Source: a virus. From it: 64,000 nt of DNA. Every line of letters starts with the position of its first letter. Position 1 is the first letter of the stretch. Positions 9,397 through 19,000 of this stretch are shown piece after piece. Below the pieces are notes generated by a model. That model was not told where the DNA came from. It searched no databases and was given only the letters and a program-made list of their open reading frames with translations. Location of the stretch: IMG/VR virus record IMGVR_UViG_3300045988_100686, positions 32,001 through 96,000 of that record; one strand, written 5' to 3'. A program made the position numbers and the translations under genes.

Positions 9397-9778
9397 AGTT
9401 TTGTACTTAATTAGAGGGGTTCCGGGATCCGGAAAAACAACTCTTGGTAAACAATTAATTAAAGGAACTGACGGAGTAATTTTTAGTGCCGACGATTATT
9501 TTACAGCTTCTGACGGATTTTATCAATTTGATCCAAGTAGGTTATATGAGGCTCACAGATGTTGTCAGTTAGACTGTGAGTGTGCTATGATTACTGGACT
9601 AACTCCTGTAGTTGTAGCTAACGTTTTTCATAAACGACTATATATGGAGCCTTACATTGAATATGCTAAGGAAAACGGGTATCATGTAGTGGAAATCTGT
9701 GTAAAGAGTGATTTTAAAAATATACATGGATGCCCTGAAGATAAAGTAAAGTTATTCAAAGAAACTTTCGAGTACTAA
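9386..9778 (+). CDS. P-loop NTPase / kinase-like protein
   Basis: Walker A LIRGVPGSGKTTLGKQL near the N-terminus. SD AAGGAGG sits before the ATG at 9386; the ORF track starts at 9329. Confidence 0.6.
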   Translation: MKTKVLYLIRGVPGSGKTTLGKQLIKGTDGVIFSADDYFTASDGFYQFDPSRLYEAHRCCQLDCECAMITGLTPVVVANVFHKRLYMEPYIEYAKENGYHVVEICVKSDFKNIHGCPEDKVKLFKETFEY

Positions 9779-9791
9779 GGAGGAAAAGAAT

Positions 9792-10568
9792 GTGAGTAAT
9801 GTAACTGTATTTAACAATGACGTCTTTGGGGCACTAAGAACAATTGAAAGAGATGGTGAAATCTGGTTTGTAGGTAAAGAAGTTGCTGAGATGTTAGGAT
9901 ACAGTAATGCTAGAAATGCTGTAGTAAATCATGTTGATAGTGACGATAAGCTGCGTACCCAAATCGAGTACGCAGGTCAACGACGCGAAGTATCATTAAT
10001 TAACGAATCTGGACTATACTCGTTAATACTATCTAGTAAATTGCCCGCTGCTAAAGATTTCAAACGTTGGGTAACTTCAGAGGTACTTCCTAGTATTCGC
10101 AAAACAGGAAATTACAAAATTCAATCTTCAAAGGTAACACCAGAGGAACTTGAAGTACGCAAGATTGAGGCGCAGGCTAATCTAAATGCAACAAGATCAG
10201 AACAAAGTAAGTTACTTCTTTCCATAGCAGACACAGTTTCCAATGAGCTTTATAAGGAGACCCTGAAATCAGTAGCAGTAGCAACGCTTACAGGCAAAGA
10301 ATACCTGCCGCTACCAAAGATAGAATGCAACTACCATACTACTACTGAGTTAGCTACTATTTTGAGCAAAAAGTTCAATAGGAAAGTGTCAGCCAACATA
10401 GTAGGAAGGCTAACAACCAAAAATAATCTCAAAACGGAAGAATACGCAGTAAAAGTATGGGATAAAGCAAAATTCAGTAATAAACAGATAGAATCTTACA
10501 GATATAAAGATACTGTCATTGAACCTCTTTGTAAAGCTTACGAAGTATACTTACAAATTCATTCCTAA
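9792..10568 (+). CDS. Bro-N domain antirepressor-like protein
   Basis: N-terminus VFNNDVFGALRTIERDGEIWFVGKEVAEMLGY matches the Bro-N pattern. GTG start with AGGAGG 9 nt upstream. Confidence 0.75.
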   Translation: MSNVTVFNNDVFGALRTIERDGEIWFVGKEVAEMLGYSNARNAVVNHVDSDDKLRTQIEYAGQRREVSLINESGLYSLILSSKLPAAKDFKRWVTSEVLPSIRKTGNYKIQSSKVTPEELEVRKIEAQANLNATRSEQSKLLLSIADTVSNELYKETLKSVAVATLTGKEYLPLPKIECNYHTTTELATILSKKFNRKVSANIVGRLTTKNNLKTEEYAVKVWDKAKFSNKQIESYRYKDTVIEPLCKAYEVYLQIHS

Positions 10569-10592
10569 AATTGGTATAAGTATAATGTAAAA

Positions 10593-10664
10593 GAATACGT
10601 AGATCAAGCGGTAAGATCACCCTGGTACCTGCGGAGATCCGATGTTCGAGTCATCGGCGTATTC
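10593..10664 (+). ncRNA. degenerate tRNA-like element (no anticodon stem), followed by a T-run
   Basis: 7-bp acceptor-like helix (AATACGT/GCGTATT), D-arm GATC-AAGCGGTAA-GATC, and T-arm CGATG-TTCGAGT-CATCG. No anticodon helix can be formed. A TTTT run follows at 10665. Confidence 0.35.
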
Positions 10665-10694
10665 TTTTATTTTAGTTAAAGGAGGAAAAAATAA

Positions 10695-10946
10695 ATGTTT
10701 ACGAAGAAACAATATGAAGAATTTGAGGCACTTACGACTCCCGTAATCAACTGGATTAAAAGCTTAGACGATCCGGATGTATTAGTAACTATTGATGGAG
10801 CAGAAGCTGTATTACACGTTCCTCAACTTGTGAACATGGATTACGAATTTGAGGAAATGACTAAGGACCTTGATGAATTTTTAGATAGCAAAAAGGATGA
10901 AGATCCTAAAAAAGAAGCAGATAAACCGTCTACCATTTTAAACTAA
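10695..10946 (+). CDS. hypothetical acidic protein
   Basis: SD AAAGGAGG upstream; 83 aa. Confidence 0.5.
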   Translation: MFTKKQYEEFEALTTPVINWIKSLDDPDVLVTIDGAEAVLHVPQLVNMDYEFEEMTKDLDEFLDSKKDEDPKKEADKPSTILN

Positions 10947-10968
10947 GCATAAAACGGGGGAAATTACA

Positions 10969-11550
10969 ATGAAAACACACTTAAAGACACTAATAGCAAT
11001 TATCTGTGGATTAATTATCTGTGTAGTAGCTTTCAACCTTGTGAATAATAATTCAACACCAAAAGTGATACCACCAAAGGTACTACAAGATAACTTAACA
11101 AATTCCCAGATATTTTGTATGATGGGATCATATAATTTGCGTGATGAATCGTGGCACGATGACGTGATCTTGTCACCTAAGAATTATCAATTCGTAGAAA
11201 AAGACGAATTTATTAGATATCTTAGAACAGCCAAGTCATCCTCTATCCTAAACGCAGATGAACAAACCACCTTAAGAAATGACATAATTAAACTTGCTAA
11301 GTATGCTGGACGTCAAGTAACTACTAAAAACAAAGATGACCATGAGGTTACTGATTATTTTTATCTCTATGCTAATGCTGGACAGCTCTATCAAGTAACA
11401 TTTAAAGACGGTTGTATATTTAAGGCAGTCCAAACTACAGAAAAGGGATACATCTCGTTTGAGATAGCCCCTAACTTAATGTTATCACATGAATGGAAAG
11501 CGTCACCTAAATTATTACACAAATTAAACAACGAATACTGCGGCTGGTAG
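10969..11550 (+). CDS. membrane-anchored or secreted hypothetical protein
   Basis: N-terminal TM/signal segment LIAIICGLIICVVAF. SD GGGGGAA upstream. Confidence 0.55.
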   Translation: MKTHLKTLIAIICGLIICVVAFNLVNNNSTPKVIPPKVLQDNLTNSQIFCMMGSYNLRDESWHDDVILSPKNYQFVEKDEFIRYLRTAKSSSILNADEQTTLRNDIIKLAKYAGRQVTTKNKDDHEVTDYFYLYANAGQLYQVTFKDGCIFKAVQTTEKGYISFEIAPNLMLSHEWKASPKLLHKLNNEYCGW

Positions 11551-11615
11551 GTATAATTTTAGTAAAGGCAGTGTCGTTATTCAGAGGCTTTTCACAAAAA
11601 GTACATAATTTAAAG

Positions 11616-11644
11616 TTGACATTTGCTGTGCTTCTTATTATAAT
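11616..11644 (+). promoter_or_regulatory. consensus promoter (TTGACA-17-TATAAT) driving the tRNA array
   Basis: TTGACA at 11616-11621, a 17-nt spacer, and TATAAT at 11639-11644, placed 30 nt upstream of the first tRNA. Confidence 0.6.
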
Positions 11645-11673
11645 ATATGTATGAAACACAGTTTATCTTTTAA

Positions 11674-11748
11674 GGTTCAGTAGCTCAGTGGAAGAGCAGG
11701 GTACTCATAATACTCTAGTCCTGGGTTCAAACCCCAGCTGAACCTCCA
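11674..11748 (+). tRNA. tRNA-Met (anticodon CAT)
   Basis: Acceptor GGTTCAG/CTGAACC, anticodon loop CTCATAA, T-loop GTTCAAACC, and an encoded CCA. Confidence 0.85.
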
Positions 11749-11775
11749 AATTTGTTAATCACATTTAACATAAAT

Positions 11776-11860
11776 GCCGCCTTGGTGGAATTGGCAGACA
11801 CGCTAGACTTAGGATCTAGTGGATAATTCCGTAAGGGTTCGAGTCCCTTAGGCGGCACCA
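11776..11860 (+). tRNA. tRNA-Leu (anticodon TAG), long variable arm
   Basis: Acceptor GCCGCCT/AGGCGGC, anticodon stem-loop CTAGA-CTTAGGA-TCTAG, a long variable arm, T-loop GTTCGAGTC, and CCA. Confidence 0.85.
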
Positions 11861-11862
11861 AT

Positions 11863-11940
11863 TTCGGGCGTTGGTGTAATTGGTAACACTTCGGTCTCCA
11901 AAACCGACATTCTAAGTTCGAGTCTTAGACGCTTCGGCCA
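11863..11940 (+). tRNA. probable tRNA-Trp (anticodon CCA), acceptor stem not cleanly resolvable by hand
   Basis: D-arm GTGT-AATTGGTA-ACAC, anticodon arm TCGGT-CTCCAAA-ACCGA, T-arm CTAAG-TTCGAGT-CTTAG, and a 3' GCCA. I could not pair a canonical 7-bp acceptor helix. Confidence 0.45.
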
Positions 11941-11941
11941 T

Positions 11942-12018
11942 CGGGATGTAGCGCAGTTTGGTAGCGCACGTGATTTGGGATCACGGTGTCGCAGGTTCAA
12001 ATCCTGTCATCCCGACCA
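11942..12018 (+). tRNA. tRNA-Pro (anticodon TGG)
   Basis: Acceptor CGGGATG/CATCCCG, anticodon arm CGTGA-TTTGGGA-TCACG, T-loop GTTCAAATC, discriminator A and CCA. Confidence 0.85.
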
Positions 12019-12022
12019 CTAT

Positions 12023-12098
12023 GCTCCTGTGGCGCAATTGGCAGCGCAAGTGTTTTGTAAACATTAGGTTGTAGGTTCAAGTCCTATCAGGAGCTCCA
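12023..12098 (+). tRNA. tRNA-Thr (anticodon TGT)
   Basis: Acceptor GCTCCTG/CAGGAGC, anticodon arm AGTGT-TTTGTAA-ACATT, T-loop GTTCAAGTC, and CCA. Confidence 0.85.
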
Positions 12099-12101
12099 TA
12101 C

Positions 12102-12191
12102 GGAAAGGTGGTCGAGTGGTTTAAGACAGCAGTCTTGAAAACTGCCGAAGACACAAATCTTCCGTGGGTTCAAATCCCACCCTTTCCGCCA
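12102..12191 (+). tRNA. tRNA-Ser (anticodon TGA), long variable arm
   Basis: Acceptor GGAAAGG/CCTTTCC, anticodon arm GCAGT-CTTGAAA-ACTGC, a long variable arm, T-arm GTGGG-TTCAAAT-CCCAC, and CCA. Confidence 0.85.
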
Positions 12192-12555
12192 CAATTATTG
12201 TAATTATATACCGTAGTAACTTCAAAAACTGTTAACAATTAAGAAGAAAATTTCTTCATGCACACAATTTGCAAAAAGCATGACCAAATAATGAGGTTGG
12301 TGACCTGGGATTGCATGGACAAATCCAAAATAACCGGAGCGCGTTAGCTAGTTAGATAAAAGTAGCTTAGTTTCTTAGTTATACAAGTTTATAGAAGATA
12401 AGTTGAATAGACTATTACAAAAATCCTATGATCTACTTCTAGTGAAAGCTAGCAGGATAAACAGTGCCTGGAAGTTCAGACATACGGCAGGTATACAATT
12501 ATTAATATATTAGCATTAACGTGGTGTTAACCAAGTTAAACTGCTAAGTCCACTA

Positions 12556-12590
12556 GGCTCTCGGGCAACACCGAGGGCCTATTTTATTCT
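12556..12590 (+). terminator. Rho-independent terminator
   Basis: GGCTCTCGG-gcaaca-CCGAGGGCC stem followed by TATTTTATT. Confidence 0.5.
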
Positions 12591-12602
12591 TCATTTTTTT
12601 AC

Positions 12603-12631
12603 TTGACATCCGTTTTGCGGCATGATACAAT
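12603..12631 (+). promoter_or_regulatory. strong promoter with extended -10 (TTGACA-17-TGaTACAAT)
   Basis: TTGACA at 12603-12608 and TACAAT at 12626-12631, preceded by TG. Confidence 0.55.
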
Positions 12632-12679
12632 AATCATGCAAGGACATTAAATGTCAAAATTAGAAAGGAGATTACAACA

Positions 12680-13564
12680 ATGGCAAAAGAAGCTAAAACT
12701 GAAGAAGCAAAACAAATGGAAGCAGTATCCAATATTCCTGATTTTGGAGATGAATTTGAAGGTGATATTGGTATTGAAGGAGGATCAGTTACTTTCAGTT
12801 CTATTCCTGTTCTTAAATTGACTCAAGCTATGAGCCCAGAGGTTCAGGACAGAAACTTCCCAGATGTATACGCAGGTATGTTTATCAATGATACCACAAA
12901 AGAGTGCCTGGGTGAAGAAGTAACCTGTCGTATTCTGCGCACTTGGAGATCCCGTGCAAAATTTGTTCCACGTGATGCAGGCAGTGGCATTGAGTGCAGC
13001 TGTCCTACATATAATTCTCCAGATGGTGACTTTGGTAGTGAATATGGTAGCTGTCGTACTTGCATGTACAACAATTTTACGCAGTCTGATCACTGCTTGA
13101 CTCAGTATAACATGATTATTACCATTAATGACAATCCTACTGACATGTATCGTGTAATACTGTCGAAGACATCCTTCAAGGCAGGACGCACTCTTGACAC
13201 CGCTTTACGTGCATTGAGTACTCGTTACAAACGTCAACCGATTTTCATGTTCAAGGTAAAGATCTCTGCAAAAGAAGCTACTAACACCAAGATCGGCAGC
13301 AAATATTTCGTTTATAAGCTGGATGTGATTCCTCCTAAAGCAGATGAACCGCTACTGAACGAGGATTCTATCCCTGAATACATTGATGCAATGCATCAAA
13401 TCGCAGATATTCGTACTGCACAATTAGAATATCATAAACGCCAATTAACTGAGAAATCCTCCTTCGATACTGCAGGTGCGCAAACATCAACTGATTTTGA
13501 GAAGATGGGAACAGCTCTTGCAGCAGAGCTTGCACCCGGCGGATCTGAAGAGATTCCGTTTTAA
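12680..13564 (+). CDS. putative ssDNA-binding protein (gp32-like; Zn-binding, acidic C-terminal EEIPF tail)
   Basis: 294 aa. Cys cluster CSCPTYNSPDGDFGSEYGSCRTCMYNN...HC. The C-terminus ...GGSEEIPF resembles the SSB DDDIPF tail. Codon usage is high-expression, and the gene sits between a strong promoter and a terminator. Confidence 0.45.
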   Translation: MAKEAKTEEAKQMEAVSNIPDFGDEFEGDIGIEGGSVTFSSIPVLKLTQAMSPEVQDRNFPDVYAGMFINDTTKECLGEEVTCRILRTWRSRAKFVPRDAGSGIECSCPTYNSPDGDFGSEYGSCRTCMYNNFTQSDHCLTQYNMIITINDNPTDMYRVILSKTSFKAGRTLDTALRALSTRYKRQPIFMFKVKISAKEATNTKIGSKYFVYKLDVIPPKADEPLLNEDSIPEYIDAMHQIADIRTAQLEYHKRQLTEKSSFDTAGAQTSTDFEKMGTALAAELAPGGSEEIPF

Positions 13565-13580
13565 TTAGTAAATTACATAA

Positions 13581-13616
13581 GGGGTTGAGGAGAGTGTTCT
13601 TCAACCCCGTATTTTT
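13581..13616 (+). terminator. Rho-independent terminator
   Basis: GGGGTTGA-11 nt loop-TCAACCCC followed by GTATTTTT. Confidence 0.6.
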
Positions 13617-13632
13617 GAAAGGAGTTTTTTAG

Positions 13633-14133
13633 ATGTCTAATCTTGAACCTAAATCCACTGAAGTTAAACAGGAAGAAACAAGCGTAGAACAACAAGAAAC
13701 AGCAAAGGAATACCCAGTAATTCACTGTCAACGAGTTGTTCCCGGGAAAACAGCAGAGTCTATGGAAGATATTGAAGGTCTTGTAATTCAGCTTTCAGAA
13801 AATGGTGCGCTTTCACCTGAGTTGGTTCCCAAGTTCATCATGAATATGGATGTTGCAAAGCTTCCTAATGGAAGAACAACAATTGTGTCAGCTAGATGCC
13901 GCAACAATTTTATCATCACTGAAACTATCTCATCCCCAAGTCCAGATACTTATGATGAACAGGCAGCTGTTGAGATTTGCCGTAATAAAATTTATAGTAG
14001 ACTATGGGAAATGTTGCAATTCTTATATGCGACTGCAATAGTAACAACCAATACTATCGTATCTGAGTATAACGCTGCGCAACAGATTCCTGAGTCTGTA
14101 ACAAATGAAAGGACTGAAGAAAATGATGACTGA
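13633..14133 (+). CDS. hypothetical protein
   Basis: SD AAAGGAG upstream; 166 aa. Confidence 0.55.
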   Translation: MSNLEPKSTEVKQEETSVEQQETAKEYPVIHCQRVVPGKTAESMEDIEGLVIQLSENGALSPELVPKFIMNMDVAKLPNGRTTIVSARCRNNFIITETISSPSPDTYDEQAAVEICRNKIYSRLWEMLQFLYATAIVTTNTIVSEYNAAQQIPESVTNERTEENDD

Positions 14134-14647
14134 TCCTAGATCTTTCACTGAACTCACAAACTCTAACGTATCACAAGACAGCTGGATAGATCTGGCAGTA
14201 GAGAAACTCATTGATCCAATGTTTTATACAAAATCAACTGCATATAGTGACAATAGTGATCAATTTCATTCAATCAGGGAACTTGCTCGTCGTAATTTTC
14301 CAAAAGAGTATGAGGCTAATGAGTGGTATGCGATGGCGCACGTTGTAGGAATTCTCGTAGATAAACATCATGTAGCATTAGCAAAGACACCAGATGTCTA
14401 CGAAAACCGTGATCGTGCAGTGGATTGCGTTGTATACGAATTTTTTAGACTGCGTTTCATTCTTCTAGGGAATGAACTTGAAAAATCACATACTCTAGAG
14501 CAGATTCAAGAAAAATGCCAAATGAGTAAAATGGAATCAGAAAAACTACAAGGAGCAGTAGTACATGAATGTTCAAAATGCAACTGCAAAGGAAACAATA
14601 GAAAACTATCTTTCGATTACTTGGCTAATAAAGAATCCAAAGATTAG
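14123..14647 (+). CDS. hypothetical protein
   Basis: The ORF track starts at 14105. An internal ATG at 14123 would remove the overlap with the upstream gene. The C-terminus carries CSKCNCKGN. Confidence 0.45.
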   Translation: MMTDPRSFTELTNSNVSQDSWIDLAVEKLIDPMFYTKSTAYSDNSDQFHSIRELARRNFPKEYEANEWYAMAHVVGILVDKHHVALAKTPDVYENRDRAVDCVVYEFFRLRFILLGNELEKSHTLEQIQEKCQMSKMESEKLQGAVVHECSKCNCKGNNRKLSFDYLANKESKD

Positions 14648-15167
14648 AGAGTTTACACAGAGATTTATCCAAGAAAAAGTCCCAGATTACTTCATGTGGA
14701 TACCTGCTAGTGCATCAGGAAAATACCATCCTATGGATTCTCTCGGAGATGGTGGTCTAGTAAGACATTCTATGTCAGTAGCAATCGTAGCTCAAGCAAT
14801 TTGTGAACTTGAATATCTACAAGTTACCCCAGTTGATAAAAGTTTTATTCTTGCTGCATGTTTGCTTCATGATACCTTTAAACAAGGAAGATCTGAATCA
14901 GGAACTACAGTTAGGACTCACCCCAACATTGCTGCTCAAGAAATATATAATTTTGGCAAAGAAATTGGGGAAGAAAAGATTGGGAAATCAATAGCTACAC
15001 TTGTGGTATCACATATGGGACAATGGGGGAATCAGAAACCAGGTTCCCGTGTGCAATTTCTTGTGCATCTTGCAGACTTCATCTCAAGTAGACGCTGGGT
15101 AACAATTGATTACACAGATACTATTGAGAGAGCGAAGCGAGCAAAGGAAGCACTGAATCACAAATAA
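14565..15167 (+). CDS. HD-domain phosphohydrolase
   Basis: H...HD signature (VRHSMSVA ... LLHDTFK ... VVSHMGQWG). AGGAG sits 9 nt before the ATG. It overlaps the upstream ORF by 83 nt. Confidence 0.7.
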   Translation: MNVQNATAKETIENYLSITWLIKNPKIREFTQRFIQEKVPDYFMWIPASASGKYHPMDSLGDGGLVRHSMSVAIVAQAICELEYLQVTPVDKSFILAACLLHDTFKQGRSESGTTVRTHPNIAAQEIYNFGKEIGEEKIGKSIATLVVSHMGQWGNQKPGSRVQFLVHLADFISSRRWVTIDYTDTIERAKRAKEALNHK

Positions 15168-15185
15168 ATAAAAGAGGTCAAGATT

Positions 15186-16037
15186 ATGAGCGAACACGTT
15201 ATTAATGGCGACCTAGATATGTTACTAGGGGAGGCTAAATACCTCCCCTGGTCTTCTTCTAGGGTAGATACAGCGTGCAGTTGTCTTTACAAGTTTTACA
15301 AGGTTTATATGGAAGGGTACAAGGAAGAGTCATCTGCGCTCACTCTTGGGAGCTTAACACATGAGATACTTGCTAAATCTATAAATGACGGCAGTCCGTC
15401 CATCCTAAAGCTACAGAGTTGGCTACACCAATCATATGAACTTTATAGAGATAAAGATACTACTGGAGAAATTTATTCTGAAGTAGATAGATTTCTTCAA
15501 TATATAATGGAGTTCACAATTAAATGGAAAAATTTCTTATCACAAGAGGGAATCCCTGAAGATCACGTGGAAGAGCCATATGGCTTAACTCAGAGATGTG
15601 GTGCAGCCCCATATATTCCAACAGAAGCTAATTCTACATACTTCCGAGGAATTGTAGACTTATGGGCATATGATCCAAATAAATGTATACTGTATATTGT
15701 AGATCATAAGACAAATAAGTCAGCACTTTCTAAACAGCGAGTCAAAGAACATCCGCAGCTAAATCTTTATACAATGATGCTAACAAGCATTTTTCAATTA
15801 CCATGGAGGAAAGCGGTTGTAGGCTTAAACTTCATTCGTAAGGAAAAGGTTGTATGGAACACTATATATCCTAAAGAAGCAGAAGAGTTTCGAGATAAAT
15901 ATTGGAATACACTGAAATATTTAGAATATAAATTGTGGGAAGCAGAAAGTGATATGGTTTGGCCCGCAACACGGTCATTTAAATGTAACTGGTGTACATT
16001 TAAAAGCTCTTGCAATTCGTACTTGAATAAAGTATAA
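15186..16037 (+). CDS. PD-(D/E)XK nuclease, Cas4/RecB-like (4-Cys cluster)
   Basis: Nuclease core GIVDLWAYD...YIVDHKTNKS...QLNLY. An N-terminal Cys (DTACSC) plus the C-terminal CNWCTFKSSC form a Cas4-like Fe-S/Cys arrangement. Confidence 0.65.
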   Translation: MSEHVINGDLDMLLGEAKYLPWSSSRVDTACSCLYKFYKVYMEGYKEESSALTLGSLTHEILAKSINDGSPSILKLQSWLHQSYELYRDKDTTGEIYSEVDRFLQYIMEFTIKWKNFLSQEGIPEDHVEEPYGLTQRCGAAPYIPTEANSTYFRGIVDLWAYDPNKCILYIVDHKTNKSALSKQRVKEHPQLNLYTMMLTSIFQLPWRKAVVGLNFIRKEKVVWNTIYPKEAEEFRDKYWNTLKYLEYKLWEAESDMVWPATRSFKCNWCTFKSSCNSYLNKV

Positions 16038-16072
16038 TAGAATTGCAGACTAAAAAGAAAGGTTGTGAGCAT

Positions 16073-19000
16073 ATGTTAGTAGAAGCTTTTGAAACCGCTT
16101 TTCCCAACCATGATTTTGGATGGCGGCAAAGCGGATCAAGTGCTCTTGGATTTTGCCCTTTTCATAATGATAAGCATCAACGTTCATTAAGCGTTTATCT
16201 CAATGACATGGGAGAAGAACGTTGGCATTGTTTTGCTGAGTCTATTGGAGGTGGGCTCATTGAAATTATCAAGCGTTCAGGGCTTCCAGAGACATCATCC
16301 ACCGAGGGCGCAAACTACTGGTTGGTGCAACATGGTTTTATTCAAGAAACCGAGCAACAAGTAGCTGCAAGTAAACGTAATCGTGCACTACGTGAATTCC
16401 TAGAGTGGACCAACAAATTATTAATGGAGTCTGAGGATGCTGCCGGGCTTCGTTCATATATAGCAAGTAGACATATTGATGTTCGTACTATTCCTATGGC
16501 ACCTATTGGATTCTACCCTACTGTATCTGAGGTCGAGTCCTGGTTATCAGAACATAACTACTATGAGTTACTAGAACCTGAGTTAATACCAGAACGCAGG
16601 CACGAACCTCTTGTAACAGGGTCTCTACTTATGTTTTACCGTCATTCCTATGAAGAATTTGGTAGAATAAAGATTCGCAATGTATTCAAGGAGAAGGATG
16701 GGAATAAAGTCACTATGTTTCTTGGGCGTAAAACTTCTAAGAAAGAGAGCGCTGGTTATTTCAGTTGGAACATGCATGGTAGCCCATCTGAAGATGCTAT
16801 TCTTGTAGAAGGAGAGTTTGACGTAGGCGCTCTTACTAGTATGGTATATACATATGATGATACTGCGGTTGAGCCAATATACTGCTTTAGTGGCGGTGGA
16901 AACCTAAACTACGGCATAGGAATCTTGACTAACATGGGTAAAAAGAACCTCTACGTAATGCCGGATAACGACGACGCAGGAATGGATTACGCATATAAAT
17001 TGGCTGACGCATTCCCACAAACTTTTATAATAGTTCCCCATGACTACAAGGAAAAGGACGATCCTGCATCTTGGGCTGCAGATCATACTTTTGATGACTT
17101 ACAGGCAGCATATAACGCAAGAACACCTGCTTTTAGCTGGATTGGTACTCGACTCGCAGATTCTGCTAAAGACGCAACAATAGAAGAACAGTCAACAATT
17201 AAAACTAAGTTGATTAAGTATGCAAAGAAGCTGCGTCCGATTGACCGTGAACTGTTTTTGAAGAGCTATGGAGCCATCTCTGGAGTATCTTTACCTGCAC
17301 TTATTGAAGAAGTAGAAGATAGTTCTGAAGTTAGGTACAGAAAGGTACTCAATGAAATGGGCTACGGAATTCAGATGCGGGTAGAGACTAAAAATAGTAT
17401 AAATTGGGAACAGATTTCTAACATCATAATGGAAACTGAACGTGATATACTATTAGATGCTGGTGATGACGACGTAGAACGTAAGATTGTTCTACGTGTA
17501 TCCTTGGCTTCCAGGTCAGAGCGACTAGAACTTAGTCCTGAAGAATATGCAGATGATAAGAAGCTGTACTCTTCTGTAGTAACCCTATTAGGATCCCGTG
17601 TATGGGTAAAGCCAAGATGCATGAGTTATATGCGTGAATCTTGCAACTTACTTTCTAGAAATCATCTTCAAGATATTCCAGAGGAAATGATTTACACACA
17701 TACCGGGTGGCGTGGGGACCGATATATTTCCCCAACAGGATTTATCAATGCAGAGGGGTTTCATAAGCTAAATGACATCAAGGTGGAACTCCCTGATAAC
17801 CCAGCTTATATGCGTAATTATTACCTTGATGATCCACCTGCAGACTTGGAGTTTGTAAAGAATCTAATTAGGGAAGAAATTCTTAAGGTATTTCCATATC
17901 AAGTAACCTTACCTTACTTGGCACATATCTTTTGGTCACCATTAGCTCATTTTGTTCCCATGGCTAAACCTGTATGTCTTTGGGTAGTAGGCTTAACAGG
18001 AAGTTTCAAAACAAGTTATACGGGTCTTATGGCTAGCTTTTTTGGAAACTTTAAAACTGGCGACTTTGAGACATGGAGATCAACAACTAATGCTATTGAG
18101 AAAAATGGCTATTTTGTCAAAGACATGCCATATGTAGTTGATGATTACAAGGGCGTAGACATCAATCCCAAGGCTCTTACAAGCTGTATTCAGAACTATG
18201 GTGACCGTCATGGCCGTGGCCGTATGCGTGCAGATTTAAACATTGGCAAAACTTGGTATATCCGTGGAAACATGATTTCCACAGCAGAAGATATTCCACA
18301 GGGTGAGGCTTCTGTACTTTCTCGTATACTCCTGCTTAAAATACCTGGACGAGGAAATTCTGAGCATCTTACCAGGGCGCAAGCAAATGCTAATTTACTA
18401 CCAGGACTCATGAGTAAGTATATTCAGTTTCTTTGTCAACGTAAACTTCGTGAGCATGACTATGAACTTCTTCTTGCAGAAAGACGTTCTAAATACAAGG
18501 CATTTCATGGTCGTGTATCTGAATCTCTGGCTGCTAACTCTATCGCATGGGATGCAGTAGCGGAGTTTCTAGGCTTAGAAGACTTACAGTCAGAATATGA
18601 TTTTGCGATTGAGGAAATATTGCACACAATGAACATGTCTACTCGTGATGAACAAGCTGGATTTGTTTTTATTTCCACACTAACAGAGTTGCTTCAGTCT
18701 GGACAGTGCTATCTTGAAGGTTACAATGGAATGGACGATACAGAGCACCCAGAAAACGCTAAGAGAATTGGTTGGATAACACCATCAGAGGTATACTTGT
18801 TGGGAAGCCTTGCATTGGCAGAAGTTAACAAATTCCGTATCTCAGTAAACGGAGTTGGACTAAAGTACTCTACAAGTGCTATTTATGACCAGTTAATCCA
18901 CGCAGGACAAGTAAAACCTGCTAAAAATGGTGGACCAACTAATATTGTAAAGATTAATAAACAATCTGTACGTGTTCTAAAGTTCAGAAGGGGGGTTCTA

